From: Narcine bancroftii
Taxonomy: Eukaryota
DNA: 64,000 bases
Direction: 5' to 3'
Assembly (NCBI RefSeq): GCF_036971445.1
Contig: NC_091481.1
Location: forward strand, 72,602,001 to 72,666,000
Position 1 is the first letter of the stretch, and each line of letters starts with the position of its first letter. The position numbers and the translations under genes are program-made. The notes below the pieces were generated by a model. It saw nothing but the letters and a program-made list of their open reading frames with translations, had not been told where the DNA came from and made no database searches. Below are positions 26,201 through 37,200 of this stretch, in pieces.

Positions 26201-29200
26201 CCCCAGAGTCTGCCTGAACACAAGCAACGCCATCTTGGGCCCACATCCCGCCATCACAGGATTTTAAAATGAACCACCATCAGCTCCTCTAACAGGCTGT
26301 TTAAAGCCCGTACAGAGCTGTTAATATTTGAACTGGGTGGTAGAATCTGTCGAGGAGTGCTGTGACCCCACTCTCCCTTGGTCTGCACCAGCGGTAGCAC
26401 CAATGTATTTTTTGAGTCTAAAAGTATAAATGCTGTTTGTGGGTTGTGTTGAAGGCAGGCACTGGTGAGGGCCTCAGGCTGAATTGCCCAGCTTTGACTT
26501 GGGATGAGAAGATGATGTGGTTCAAGAGCTGCCTTCAGCATGGAGATATTCATTAGTCGCTGGTGCTGTATTTTAGGAACAGTCTTCGAGTGGCCGATCT
26601 AATTAATAGGGGAGTTTTAAACAGAAGCTTGATCCCTGAATCGTTCAACTTTTCAATGATGTCACACGAACAGTACAGCAGGTGGTATGACTCACTGAGT
26701 TCGGAACTGTCCCCTCATGGAATCCAGCAGTGCGACCTCAAGCAAGAAATGCAGAAGGTAAGTGAGTGAATTAATTATTGTGGAAGTGGGGGAAGACACG
26801 TTGGACCAGAAGGGGGTTCATTTTGAGTGAAGCGAATGGACAGGGATTTGAAACTTTTGGATTCCATGTAAAACGGGAAGCATTTTGATCCTGTGGGATT
26901 CTGTACCATGGAGTTGAATAGGAAGTGGATCCTTGCTTATTACAATGGGACATGAAAGTCTGGAAACCCTGTAGTTGTAGTCAAAGCACAGAATCTTTTT
27001 AAAATTTAGACATACAGCATGGTAACAGGCGCATGAGTCAGTGCCACCCAATTGACCTATTACCCTCGGTATGTTTTGAACGGTGGGAGGAAACCAGAGC
27101 CCCCAGAGGAAACCCCAACAGACATGGGGAGAATATACAAACTCCTTACAGACAGCGCAGAATTTGAACCCCAATCGCTGGCGCTGTATAGTGTTGCGTT
27201 AACTGCTACGCCAACCGTGCCACCTTGAGGAAAGGCTCAGGCCCGAAACGTCAGTAACATATCTTTACCTCCTATGGCCGCTGTGAGACCAGTTGAGCTC
27301 CTTGTTTATTACAGCATGAAAGAAGGGCATTCAGTACATGATTGGCTCCAATCTGGGCAACACCATGAATCCCATTCCCTTTCCCTTACATACCTCAACA
27401 AAAGGCTCTGGCCCATAATATTGCTTTCCATGGACACTGCAGGACCCGCTGAGTTTTTCCCCGTGAGAACGCTAGTCATTCTCTATCACACGCCCATCAA
27501 TTCTCTTCTCATTCATTTGCCATTGACCCACAAAAAAAAGAGGTGGGGGTGGCTGGAATGGTTAGCGTAACCCTGTTACTGCGCCAGCCACCCCCGTGCT
27601 TTTTGTAAGGAATTTGTATGCTCTCCTTGTGTCTGTGTGGGGCTCCCCCCCACCCAAAACTGTTCGATAGGTACCAGGAGTGAAGGCCAATTGGGTGACA
27701 GGAACTCATGGGCCAAAATGGCCTGATACTGAACTGTATGTCTAAATTTAAAATTTTAAAATTTCCATTTTGACTCAGCCTAAATTTAGAGTATTTTGTG
27801 CAGTTTTGGTCACCTAACTACAGGAAAGATATCAATAAAGACTGAAAAAGAGTGCAGAGGAGATTTACTAGGATAATGCTGTGACTTCAGGAACTACGTT
27901 AGGATTTTATTCCCTGGAGCGTAGAAGAATGAGGGGAGATTTGATAGAGGTCTGCAAAATTGAGGGGGTAGACAGAGTGAATGCATGTCAGCTTTTCCCA
28001 CTGAGGGCAGGTGAGATACAAACTAGAGCACGCAGGTTAAGGATGAAAGGGGAAAATTTAGGGGAATGTGAGGGAGAACTTCTTCACACATGGTGGGGGT
28101 GTGGAATGAGCTGCCGGCTAAAGTGAATGCAGGCTCAATTTTAACATTAAGAAAAATTTGGAAAGGTACATGTACAAGAGGGGTTTGGAGGGATATGGGC
28201 TGGGTGCTTATAAGTGGGACTGGGCAGAATAATGGTTTGGCACAGACTACAAGGGCTGAAGGGCCTATATCTGTGCTGTAGTGTTTTATGGTTGAAAGAA
28301 CCTATTGTCTGTTTTGCTGCTTCCAAAAAGTGAGTGGTGTTGCTTCTCTCCATCAACCAGGGTGCCGAGGGCACAGGGCTGGCCTTCATTACTTTCACAG
28401 AAGCCATGACACACTTCCCCGCATCGCCATTTTGGTCTCTCTTGTTCTTCCTGATGCTGCTGAACCTGGGAATGAGCACGATGTTTGGAAACATGCAGGG
28501 GATCCTCACTCCACTCCTTGACAACTTCCCCTCGCTCTCCCGGAGGAAGTCACTCTTCACAGGTATATTAATGCTGACCAGCCTCCCCCTGTGGCCGACT
28601 AATCACTGATCCCACAGTCCCGTCCTGAACATGTTGCCTTATAATGTGAGGGCATGCTGCACCTGTTTAGAACGCATGGGTGCGCTACTGCTATCTAACA
28701 CGCCGGCGCGCTGCATCTGTTTAGAACGCATTGGTGCGCTACTGCTATCTAACACGCCGGCACGCTGCACCTGTTTAGAATGCATGGGTGCGCTACTGCC
28801 ATCTAACATGCGGGGGGCGCTGCACCTGTTTAGAACGCATGGGTGCGCTACTGCTATCTAACACGCCGGCGTGCTGCACCTGTTTAGAACGCATAGGAGA
28901 ACTACTGCTATCTAACACGCAGACGTGCTGCACCTGTTTAGAACGCATTGGTGCGCTACTGCTATCTAACATGCCGGTGCGCTGCACCTGTGACACCATC
29001 ATTCCAATTTCACACTCACAAACCAGTTGTGTGTTGCTTCTGCACGTTGCTGAAGCAGAAGAGAAGGCCATTCAGTTCCGTGTTGTGCCTCTTCTCTATG
29101 CTATTGTCCCACTTCATCTCTCCTCTTCCCATCCTGATCCACACCCCACCTCACCTCTCCTTCAGACCTGCAGCATGGATGGGATACACCTGTTCAGAGC

Positions 29201-32200
29201 CATTGTGGACTAGATGGGTTGAATGGCCCCACCATCCCTCTCACCTGGATTCCTGCCTCCCCTCGAGTCTACACTCTGCTGCCACCCGCAGGTACCTCCC
29301 TCTTTGGGTTCCATGGGGACTCACTCTTCGTCTGTCCTTGTATTCCAGTGTTCTGCTGTTTCCTGGGCTTCGTCAGTGGACTAATCTTCACACAGCGATC
29401 GGGAAATTACTTTGTCACCATGTTTGACGATTATTCTGCCACCCTGCCTCTGATTATAGTTGTCCTGTTTGAGCTGCTGGCAGTTGCATGGATCTACGGA
29501 GCTGACAGGTAGGCTTAGTTCTCATTCCTCTTCTAGAGTTTAAAGTGAGAGGGGAATCATTTTAAAGCCACCTTTTTCACCAAATATTGTCTGCATCTGG
29601 AACAAAATATCACATGAAGCTAGAGAAGAAGGTAAAATTATCTTTAGAGTGAAGAAGGATGAGAGGCGATTTAATAGAGGTCTACAAGATTCTGAAAAGT
29701 AGCGATAAGGTGGACAGTCAGAGCCTGTTTCCCAGGGCTGGAGTAGCAAACACCAAAGGAATTGAGTACTGTGAAGGGAGGGAAGTTTAGGGGAGCCATC
29801 ATGGGTATTGCCAGAGGTGGTGGTGGAGGCTGGAACAATAGGGGCATTGTAGACAGGCACATGGATGAAAGAAATATAGAGGATTTTGAAGTAAGAAGGG
29901 TTTCGTTTTTTTTATACATGTCGCCACAACATTGAAGGCTGAAAGGCCTGCACTGTGCTGTTGTTCTATTAGTCACACATAGTTTTACACTTTTTACAGA
30001 GCACACATAACACGTGGACATCCCACTTTTACATCAATGAGGAACTTTGCCATAGGCATTAGCTTGTAACGAGCTCTTTACATTTCATCACCTCAGGCAT
30101 TATTCTTAATCTGGGAAAGTTGAGGCCAGCGGAAATTTACTAGCTAACACATCATGGGACCCCTCGCTTCTCTAAAGTATTTACAACCCTCTCAGCATTA
30201 TTTCACAAAGCAGACAAGCACCTGTGGGTATTAATGAAAATTGATCCCTCTACACCAGGCAGATCCTTACTTCCACATCTCCTCTGCACCTTTTCCAACT
30301 GAACAACATCCTTCCTGCAGCTGGACATCCAAAATTGCACAGAATATACTTAACGGGGTGGTCTCACCAACGCCGTCTGGTCCTGGAGATAATGAATGGA
30401 GTGTGAATGGTACTCGGGATGATTGCTATGCAATGTTTTTGTGATCCGGATGGTTGTTTCCCCTGCTCTTATTGTACAAAGACTGTGGACACCAGTTCAC
30501 TCACCAGGTACATGGACCCATTAAAACCCCTGTTACCTGGAATTCAAGCTACTGACAAAAAAAAATCACGGAAAAGAAATAGGTAAGCAATTCAGAAGTT
30601 TAAAATTGGCCTCATGGTTAGTTCGCCAATCATGCAACATGCAGTCTCAAGCAACTGACAAATGCGCTTATCTGGTATCTACTAATCTCTGTAGGTGCTG
30701 GATACCAGGGGTTTTACTGTATCTTGTTTGGGCAGCAAGTGGTGGAAGAGGAGATACAAACTCACTGGATGGGGAAATGAATTAGAGTTTCGAAGATGGA
30801 GCAGAGGAAAGGGATATGGCTTCCTCTGAAGAGATCGGCAGGAATTCAAGGGGCCAAATTCTATGCCATTGTGAGCCTACTGTGGTTCACCTATTTGGGA
30901 GATGGGCTGTAATTGTGTGAGGTGGTTGTGATGAGGTTGTTCCCAATGTCCCTGTCATGGAAACAAAACATTCATCATATATACTCGTGTAAAAGTCGAT
31001 ACCATGTAAAAGTTGACCCCTTATTTTTGGGCAAAAGCTGAAATTTTCCATATATCTCTGTAAATATCAACCCGAGTCTCTCACCTTGGCCCTGGCTGCC
31101 CACAGACTGAAGTTTCTGACACCTCGAGCACAACTTACACTGAGAGGCTCTGATAGCTCAGTGGTTAGAGCCCTGATCTTGTAAACCAGGGGTCGTGAGT
31201 TTGTTCCTCATTGAGGCCTCATTTCTGTGAGGGGTGCTGGACAAAGTGGGGACTCTCTGTCTTCCGTACGGTGGTCAGTTAAAGAATTTCATCCATGTTA
31301 CATGTTACGTTCCAATAATGGAACCTTTAACTTCGGAGCCCCCAACGCCTCTGACCACACTGTGGTCAACCTCCCTGTGGTTGGGTGCATGTTTTGATGC
31401 GCAGATTCCATTATTTAATTCATTGTGTTTTTGTTCTTTATTCATTCAGAGATCATTTGGACTTCTGCTACTGATACCGTATTTTGGATTCTAGTGTGAC
31501 TTTTAGCCCCTCAAAAGTAGTATCCATGTAATAGTTGACCCCATAAATATAACGTTAAAAAATGGTCTACAAAATTCAACTTTTACATGTGTAGACATGG
31601 TAAACTTTATTATCTCACTGGGCTCAAAATTCTCTTAATTACTCAGAAAGACAGGGAGAGTGTGTTAAATACGGAGCGCACTGTCCCATTCAAGACTCCC
31701 AGGGCAGGGGCAGCAAATGAGGTCACACCAACCCTCCCAGTGGAAGGAGCAAGGTGCTGGCACACAAGTGAGGAGGTGCTGGGTCAGTTGTAACTGAAGC
31801 TGTTGTCACCGTAGGTTCATTGAAGACATCCAGGAAATGATTGGTCGTCGGCCATTCTTTCTGTACAAGTACTTGTGGAAGTTTGTCTGCCCCATTGCCA
31901 TGACAGCCCTGCTCCTTGCCAGTCTGATCCACATGTGTATTAAGCACCCAACATATCGGGCATGGAATCAAACCAAGGTAAGATCATGCACAACTTGCTT
32001 GATTATTCTTGTGACTGAGCCAGGAGAGTGGGGAGTATGGACACAGTGCTGCTCCACAGGGTCCTACTCTCCGGTCTTGTTACTGACAGCTCCGTACAGG
32101 CTTAAAAGTCTTTTTAAAGGACATAGTGGTGGAAGGGGAAAGGGAGAAGAGAGGAAGGGGCAGCGGAGGAGGAGAGATGGGGCAGGGGAGGAGAGAAGAA

Positions 32201-34222
32201 GGGGCAGGGGAGGAGGAGCGGAGGGAGGAAGGGGCAGGGAAGAAGTATAGGATGGGAGGGGCAGGAGGAGGAGAAGGGGTAGGAAGGAGCAAGGGAAGAG
32301 GCTGAGGTGATGGGGAAGAGGGAGCTCTCTGATAGAAGGAAGGGAGAGGGGGGGGGGGGGCCTTTGTCTTTCTCACAAATCCCCAAAATATGCATGTTGG
32401 TAGGTTAATTGGTTGCTCTAAGTTGCCGGTTTTCCATAGGTGAGTGTAGAATCTGGGGCTGTCGATGAAAGTGTGGGGTGGATTAAAACAAGAGTAATGG
32501 AAATAGATGATTGATGGGAGGGTGCAGAGGGACAGTTACTCTGTTGTTATTTGCTACAGATTTTTTAAACATTCTCATCATTTTATTGATGTTTTTACCC
32601 ATGTGCAGTTCAGTCCAATTTAAGTTTATTTGTCTTGTTATACGGAGTACAGAGAGAAGGATTCTTATGCAAGCAGTTGAACAGTTCATCCCTAATATTT
32701 ATACCTTGTCACCATTCTGTGGATGTTTTCCTTACTGCAGCGTAATGCAGGAGTCCATAGCATGTAATACCATGATGCCAGTCAATGAACTTCCTCTCTC
32801 TCCTCTGGATCAGCCATTCTCAACCATCTTTTCAGCTATGCCCGCTCCCCCCTCCAGGACTCTGCTCAAGTTTAAGGACTCCCTTCCCTGTGAAGCAGTC
32901 CAGTTTTGGTTTCTTCTGTACTTCTCTCCTACATTAAAAAAACTTTAAAAATATTTACCTTGCGTGAGGTGAAAAGAAAACGTGAGGTGAAAAGAAAACA
33001 AGTCTTTTACTCGACTGTGCTACGGCCCCCATGCGGGGGTGGGGGGGGGGGGTGGTGCTAGGGGCCCTGTTGAGAATGGCTGCTCTGGATTATCGACACT
33101 AGAAGCATTCCAGTAACAACTGGGTCTATGTTTGATGCTCTTTCCAACTGGATGACATTAACATTGACATCTCCGGTTTCTACTAGCCCACTCTCTGTTC
33201 TCCCTCCCTTCCCCATCCTTTGTTTCCTTTCCTCCAGCTCTCCACCCCCTTCCCTCTCCATTCACAGAGCCATCCCCCTCCTCGTTTACTGGTGTGCCCT
33301 CCATCCCTTATCCATCTATTACCTCCTGCCTGTGGGTCTGTGCTCCTCCCCCCTCTACCATTTTGTTCGGCATCTGTCTATATTTTGTTTGTACCTTGAT
33401 GAAGGGCTCAAGCCTGAAACATTGGTGATGTTGCTCTATAAAGGACACTGTTTGACCAGCTGAGTCTCTCCAGCCTTGTGTTTTTACTTCAACCAAGGGG
33501 TTTGCAGACGTTTGTGTTTTACTTGAGCCCAACCTCTGAAATATGCTTGCATTTCATCAGCTTGAGGATTATTCATTGTAGTTTTTAAAAAAAATGTACA
33601 CCTGATGAGAACTCAGCAACCAAAAATATTGACTGTTTCTTTCTCCACAGACACAGTCTCACCTTCTCAGTACTTACAGTACAGCACAGGAACAGGCCCT
33701 TCAACCTGCAATGACCATGATGCTAAATAAAACAAAACCTCTCCCACCTGCGCACAATCCACACCCCTCCATTCGCTGCTACTCTCGTGTTGTTCTCTTC
33801 TACTCTGGTTTATTTCAGATTTTGAGTCGCTAATATTGTGTGCTTTACCCTGTTTGTGTTCTCAGGCGGAGGAAGTGTTGCTGGAATATCCAGACTGGGC
33901 ACTGGCCATGATGATCATCTTGATAATTGTCGCTTCCTTGCCCATCCCTCTGATGTTTCTCCGGCAACTGATGCTGGACAGACAGATGGGTCACTCAGAG
34001 TGCGCCTACATTGAGACCAACGCAGGAGACGAGGCCACGTTCCCCCTGAACGAGAATGACAGCAGCGAGGCAGTGGGACGAAATGGGTACCTGAAAGTAG
34101 AGACGGAGGAGGAGGCTCTGGAGAGATCGGGGCTGCTCTTAGATGAGGAAGAAGAGGGGGATATGTTGGAAATGGACGACATGACACAGGATAAAAATTG
34201 TGAAGTGGAATTGAAGGTGTAG
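17051..34222 (+). CDS. SLC6A16: SLC6 (NSS) Na+-dependent neutral amino acid transporter, SLC6A15/16/17 clade, probable SLC6A16 orthologue; 11 coding exons, 2064 nt, 687 aa
   Basis: Exons 17051-17237, 20449-20606, 20857-20983, 21069-21244, 23599-23709, 25199-25440, 26577-26757, 28361-28562, 29349-29508, 31815-31977 and 33866-34222 join in frame with GT-AG introns. Motifs: [74 protein letters not shown]. Family call is firm; the paralogue name rests on synteny with BAX (both on human 19q13.33). Confidence 0.85.
19163..19763 (-). mobile_element. 5'-truncated L1-clade LINE
   Basis: ORF2 C-terminus [12 protein letters not shown]...EKITY...FEQIWDPY; polyA tail; perfect 13-bp TSD cagggaagttctt at 19150-19162 and 19764-19776. 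Confidence 0.88.
20449..20606 (+). CDS. SLC6A16: SLC6 transporter coding exon 2 (TM2)
   Basis: cttccag acceptor; [37 protein letters not shown]...ASCL; donor GTGAGT. Confidence 0.95.
20857..20983 (+). CDS. SLC6A16: SLC6 transporter coding exon 3 (TM3, start of EL2)
   Basis: ccacag acceptor; [34 protein letters not shown]; donor GTAGGT. Confidence 0.95.
21069..21244 (+). CDS. SLC6A16: SLC6 transporter coding exon 4 (EL2, TM4)
   Basis: Follows an 85-nt intron; [18 protein letters not shown]...[11 protein letters not shown]; donor GTAATG. Confidence 0.95.
21401..23045 (-). mobile_element. L1-clade LINE 3' fragment (1.6 kb, degenerate ORF2)
   Basis: [24 protein letters not shown] zinc knuckle; polyA tail; degenerate TSD accactgatccccttcct / accacttaacccacttcct. 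Confidence 0.88.
23599..23709 (+). CDS. SLC6A16: SLC6 transporter coding exon 5 (TM5)
   Basis: [37 protein letters not shown]; ccacag acceptor, GTAAGG donor. Confidence 0.95.
25199..25440 (+). CDS. SLC6A16: SLC6 transporter coding exon 6 (TM6-TM7)
   Basis: [28 protein letters not shown]...[23 protein letters not shown]; tgcag acceptor, GTACAA donor. Confidence 0.95.
25577..25750 (+). mobile_element. tRNA-derived SINE (HE1/V-SINE-like); representative of at least 12 copies
   Basis: ggcacggttagcgtag..ggttcaaatcc..ctgtaaggagtttgtatg core. Other copies at about 3400-3600(-), 4285-4480, 15390-15560(-), 16285-16470, 23930-24150, 27000-27222(-), 27545-27750, 34410-34620(-), 51030-52015(-), 52580-52790(-) and 59895-60100. 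Confidence 0.75.
26577..26757 (+). CDS. SLC6A16: SLC6 transporter coding exon 7 (extended EL4)
   Basis: ttttag acceptor, GTAAGT donor, phases 2 to 0 fit; ends CDLKQEMQK. An extended EL4 is typical of SLC6A15-20. Confidence 0.9.
28361..28562 (+). CDS. SLC6A16: SLC6 transporter coding exon 8 (TM8)
   Basis: [54 protein letters not shown]. Confidence 0.95.
28657..28990. repeat. 54-bp tandem repeat, about 6 copies, in SLC6 intron 8
   Basis: Unit gctgcacctgtttagaacgcatgggtgcgctactgctatctaacacgccggcgc. Confidence 0.92.
29349..29508 (+). CDS. SLC6A16: SLC6 transporter coding exon 9 (TM9-TM10)
   Basis: [43 protein letters not shown]; ttccag acceptor, GTAGGC donor. Confidence 0.95.
30976..31602. mobile_element. 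Non-autonomous Tc1/mariner (Tigger/pogo-like) element containing the tRNA-Thr-derived insert
   Basis: Degenerate TIRs catatatactcgtgtaaaagtcga ... tcaacttttacatgtgtagacatggta. Confidence 0.55.
31146..31219 (+). pseudogene. Degenerate tRNA-Thr(TGT), pseudogene or SINE head
   Basis: ggctctgatagctcagtggttagagccctgatcTTGTAAaccaggggtcgtgagtttgttcctcattgaggcct resembles vertebrate tRNA-Thr-TGT, but the T-loop/B-box and stems are mutated. Confidence 0.75.
31815..31977 (+). CDS. SLC6A16: SLC6 transporter coding exon 10 (TM11)
   Basis: [26 protein letters not shown]...[10 protein letters not shown]; donor GTAAGA. Confidence 0.94.
33120..33525 (+). mobile_element. Penelope-like element 3' end with hammerhead-like motif
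   Basis: Same family as 14640-15175; TTGATGA-agggctcaagcct-GAAAC at 33396-33420. Confidence 0.7.
33866..34222 (+). CDS. SLC6A16: SLC6 transporter last coding exon (TM12, acidic C-terminal tail)
   Basis: ttctcag acceptor; [28 protein letters not shown]...VELKV then TAG. Confidence 0.93.
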   Translation, partial: AEEVLLEYPDWALAMMIILIIVASLPIPLMFLRQLMLDRQMGHSECAYIETNAGDEATFPLNENDSSEAVGRNGYLKVETEEEALERSGLLLDEEEEGDMLEMDDMTQDKNCEVELKV

Positions 34223-37200
34223 CTCCTCCTGAGCTTTTTCTGTTCTGGGCACTTTAGGCCTTGGGCTTATCTACAAAAAACGATGCAAAAAATGTTAAAC
34301 ACCACTATTTGCTGTCAATCAGCTTGGATTTGGAGGTGATTGCCCATTACATATGTCCATCCTAAGTAGACATTCCTTCAAGTGAGGATCTACCCATGTA
34401 ATAATTTTTTAATTAGACCTACAGCACAGTAACAGGCCATTTCTGCCCACGAGCCCGTGCCGCCCAATTACACCCAATTAACCTACAATCCCTCTATGTT
34501 TCGAGTGATGGGAGGAAACCGGACCCCCCGGAGGAAACTCATGCAGACTCGGGGAGAACGTACAAACTCCTTAACGACAGCATGGGATTTGAACCCAGGT
34601 CCCGGTCGCTGGTGATAACTACTATCCCTGCAGTGGGTACTGATTTTACTGAAGGCTCACTTCAATGGCAATCTACTGGAATACTATTTAATGGCAATCT
34701 ACTGGAATACTATTCGATTTTGGGTGAGACAAACAGGGAACGAAACACCACGGTACAAGAGTGAGTCCTTAAAACTCGCAAAACAAAGATTGACCTTTGG
34801 TTTAAGAGCTGGGAGGGTGGATGTGATACTGGAAGGGAGGGGAGAATTGGTCACGGTAGTGCCTGAAAATGGATCCCATGGCCTGGGATGTGGTGCTCAG
34901 ACTAAATAGTATTTTAGTTCAACATTTAGTTACTTAAACGCACAAATGGGGATGAGGAGATATTCCAGGGTATCTATGAAATTCTATTGAGAAGACACAG
35001 AAGAAAAAACAGAAGGCTGGGTTGTAGAGATGAGTAGCAACCTTTCAGGACACTGTGCTTCCAGATGTCTGTGGTACAGTGAATGCAGGATAAAATCTGG
35101 ATTCTGGGCAGAAATCTCTCTGCAGTCATTGTGTTATTCCAGATGGCTACTAAATAATTACCATGTGTGTCGTATGGCACGATCCTCGAAACATAATAAT
35201 GCCATTTTACAATTGGGTCATCCTATACGCCGGGACTCAATACCACCGCCATCTTCCCGCCAGCTCCGACCCAATCGCGCACATGCCCCGTTAGTTATTT
35301 GCCAAGTCTCAGCGCCCCTCCGCAGGGTCCATCTGCCCAGTCAGACTGCCATCGGCTCTGTACGGGCTTTAAGTGGCCTGTCACAGGAGCCGAGCCGACA
35401 GTAGTTTATTTTAAAATATCCAAATAAAATGTAAGCCTCTACACGATCATTTGTTATTTAAATATTGTGATTTGGCTTTTAACAGCATCTACTGGTCAGT
35501 GGTAAGTGCCATATTTTTGGGGATGGGGGGGGGGTGTGCATCTTAAACAAAGGGTATCACTCCAAACCGACATGTTAGGTGGAAATTCCAGGGTTATCCT
35601 GTACAACGGCATGTATGGTAACACCGTCTATCTGGTCTGCACCTGGTGTTTGCTTTCAGAACTCCAGTCAATTCATCCTTATAGATCAACCATTCTCAAC
35701 AGGTCCTACGCCCCCCCCCCACCAAAAACCGAGGTGGGGGGTGGTCACAGTACATCTCAGTAAAAGCCTTGTTTTCTTTTCACTTCACTTAGCATAAATT
35801 TTTTTAATGTAGTCGGTAGGAGAGAAGTACGGAAGACACCAAAGTGTGACTGCTTCACGGGGAAGGAGGCCCATAAACTTGGAGCAGTCCTGGGTTGGGG
35901 GGTGGGGGGGTCCATAGCAGAAAGAACGTTGAGAATGGCTGATCTAGATCATTGGTGCGTAGCCTCTGGTTCTCTGCTCCTGTGACCGATGTGTGGTTCT
36001 AAATTTCTTATTCTGTGCAGTCTGCATATTTCTCAAACTGCACCATGCAGCTGGTGAACAGTTCTCGATTTGTACAGCTCAGACATTGTTTGGCTCTCGT
36101 GCAGTGCTCCTACCTCTCTATTGTGTGATCAATGCAGAGAAGGCCATTTAGCCCTCTGTACCCATGCCAATCAAAAACCAGCTGGCCTGCCCCCCGTGTC
36201 ACCCCTTCCAGTATTTGGTCCGTATCCAGCGGTGGCATTGCTGGAATGCAGGTGCCTGCCTTCCTCCACTGCACTTTCTGAGAGTGTGTTCCAGGCCCCT
36301 ATCGCTTGAGTGACAAATTTGCCTCATCTCCCAAATAATTCATCCACACTAACGTTAAAAGTACATTCTGTGGTTTTTTTTAATTACTGCCGCCTCATCA
36401 TTGTACAGATCTTAATTAAATCTCCTCTCATCCTCCTTTGTTCTAAAGTAAACACTCCTGGCCTATTAAATTTCTCAGTTTTATATAACCATATAACCAT
36501 TTACGGAGCAGAAACAGGCCATGTTGGCCTTTCTGCGAAGTCCTTGTTGATCTCCTTTGGACTCTTTTCGAATCAACTGGTCTTGTCTGCTCTTGTGTAT
36601 TCAACACCATATTAATCTGTCCTTTGATGGATCAGTAGATGTACCCTGTGTTTCCTTCTGTCAGCCATCTTGTATCTCCTCAAGTGCATTATCTTGCAGA
36701 TCTCGGGTTAAATTCCATTCTCCACTTTTCAAGCCCAGCTAACCGTTCCTCCAATATCCTTGTGCAACCTACAGCTTTCCTGCCCTCGCAGCCTATTTTG
36801 TAAGCATCTTTATCAAGTCCTCAGATTAAATTTTAATCTAAATTATTTATATTACAAATGGCAAAGGGCCAAATAATTAGCCCTGTGGATCCCCAACTTC
36901 TAACAGCCTTCCAGTCACAGACACGCCTAGCAGAGTAATAATGTACAGAGTTACACAGCTCTACTTGTCCTTACCAACTTCTAAACTTTCCCTTCCTTTT
37001 TAAGTATCTTTTAAATAGTATAATTGCACCTGCCTTTAACCATTCCCTACAAGTGCCCTCCCATTTCTGATTCTGAGCTAGTTTTGGATTCAATTTGCCT
37101 TTGATCTTGTGACCTTTCACTGTCAAAAGATTTGTGAAAATATAAGATTCAAGATTCCTTTATTCTCATGTAATAAAGACTGCAATATTAATACGGAATT

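Noticed and set aside
28631-29213. Cys-rich [18 protein letters not shown] repeat ORFs
   Set aside because: Translation of the 54-bp intronic tandem repeat; the frame breaks between units.
31146-31219. Functional tRNA-Thr gene
   Set aside because: The T-loop reads TTTGTTC rather than TTCGATC, the stems have mismatches, and it is nested in a transposon.
34654-34714. Short tandem duplications (aatggcaatctactggaatactatt x2; also cgtgaggtgaaaagaaaa x2 at 32963-32999)
   Set aside because: Ordinary slippage duplications with no sign of function.
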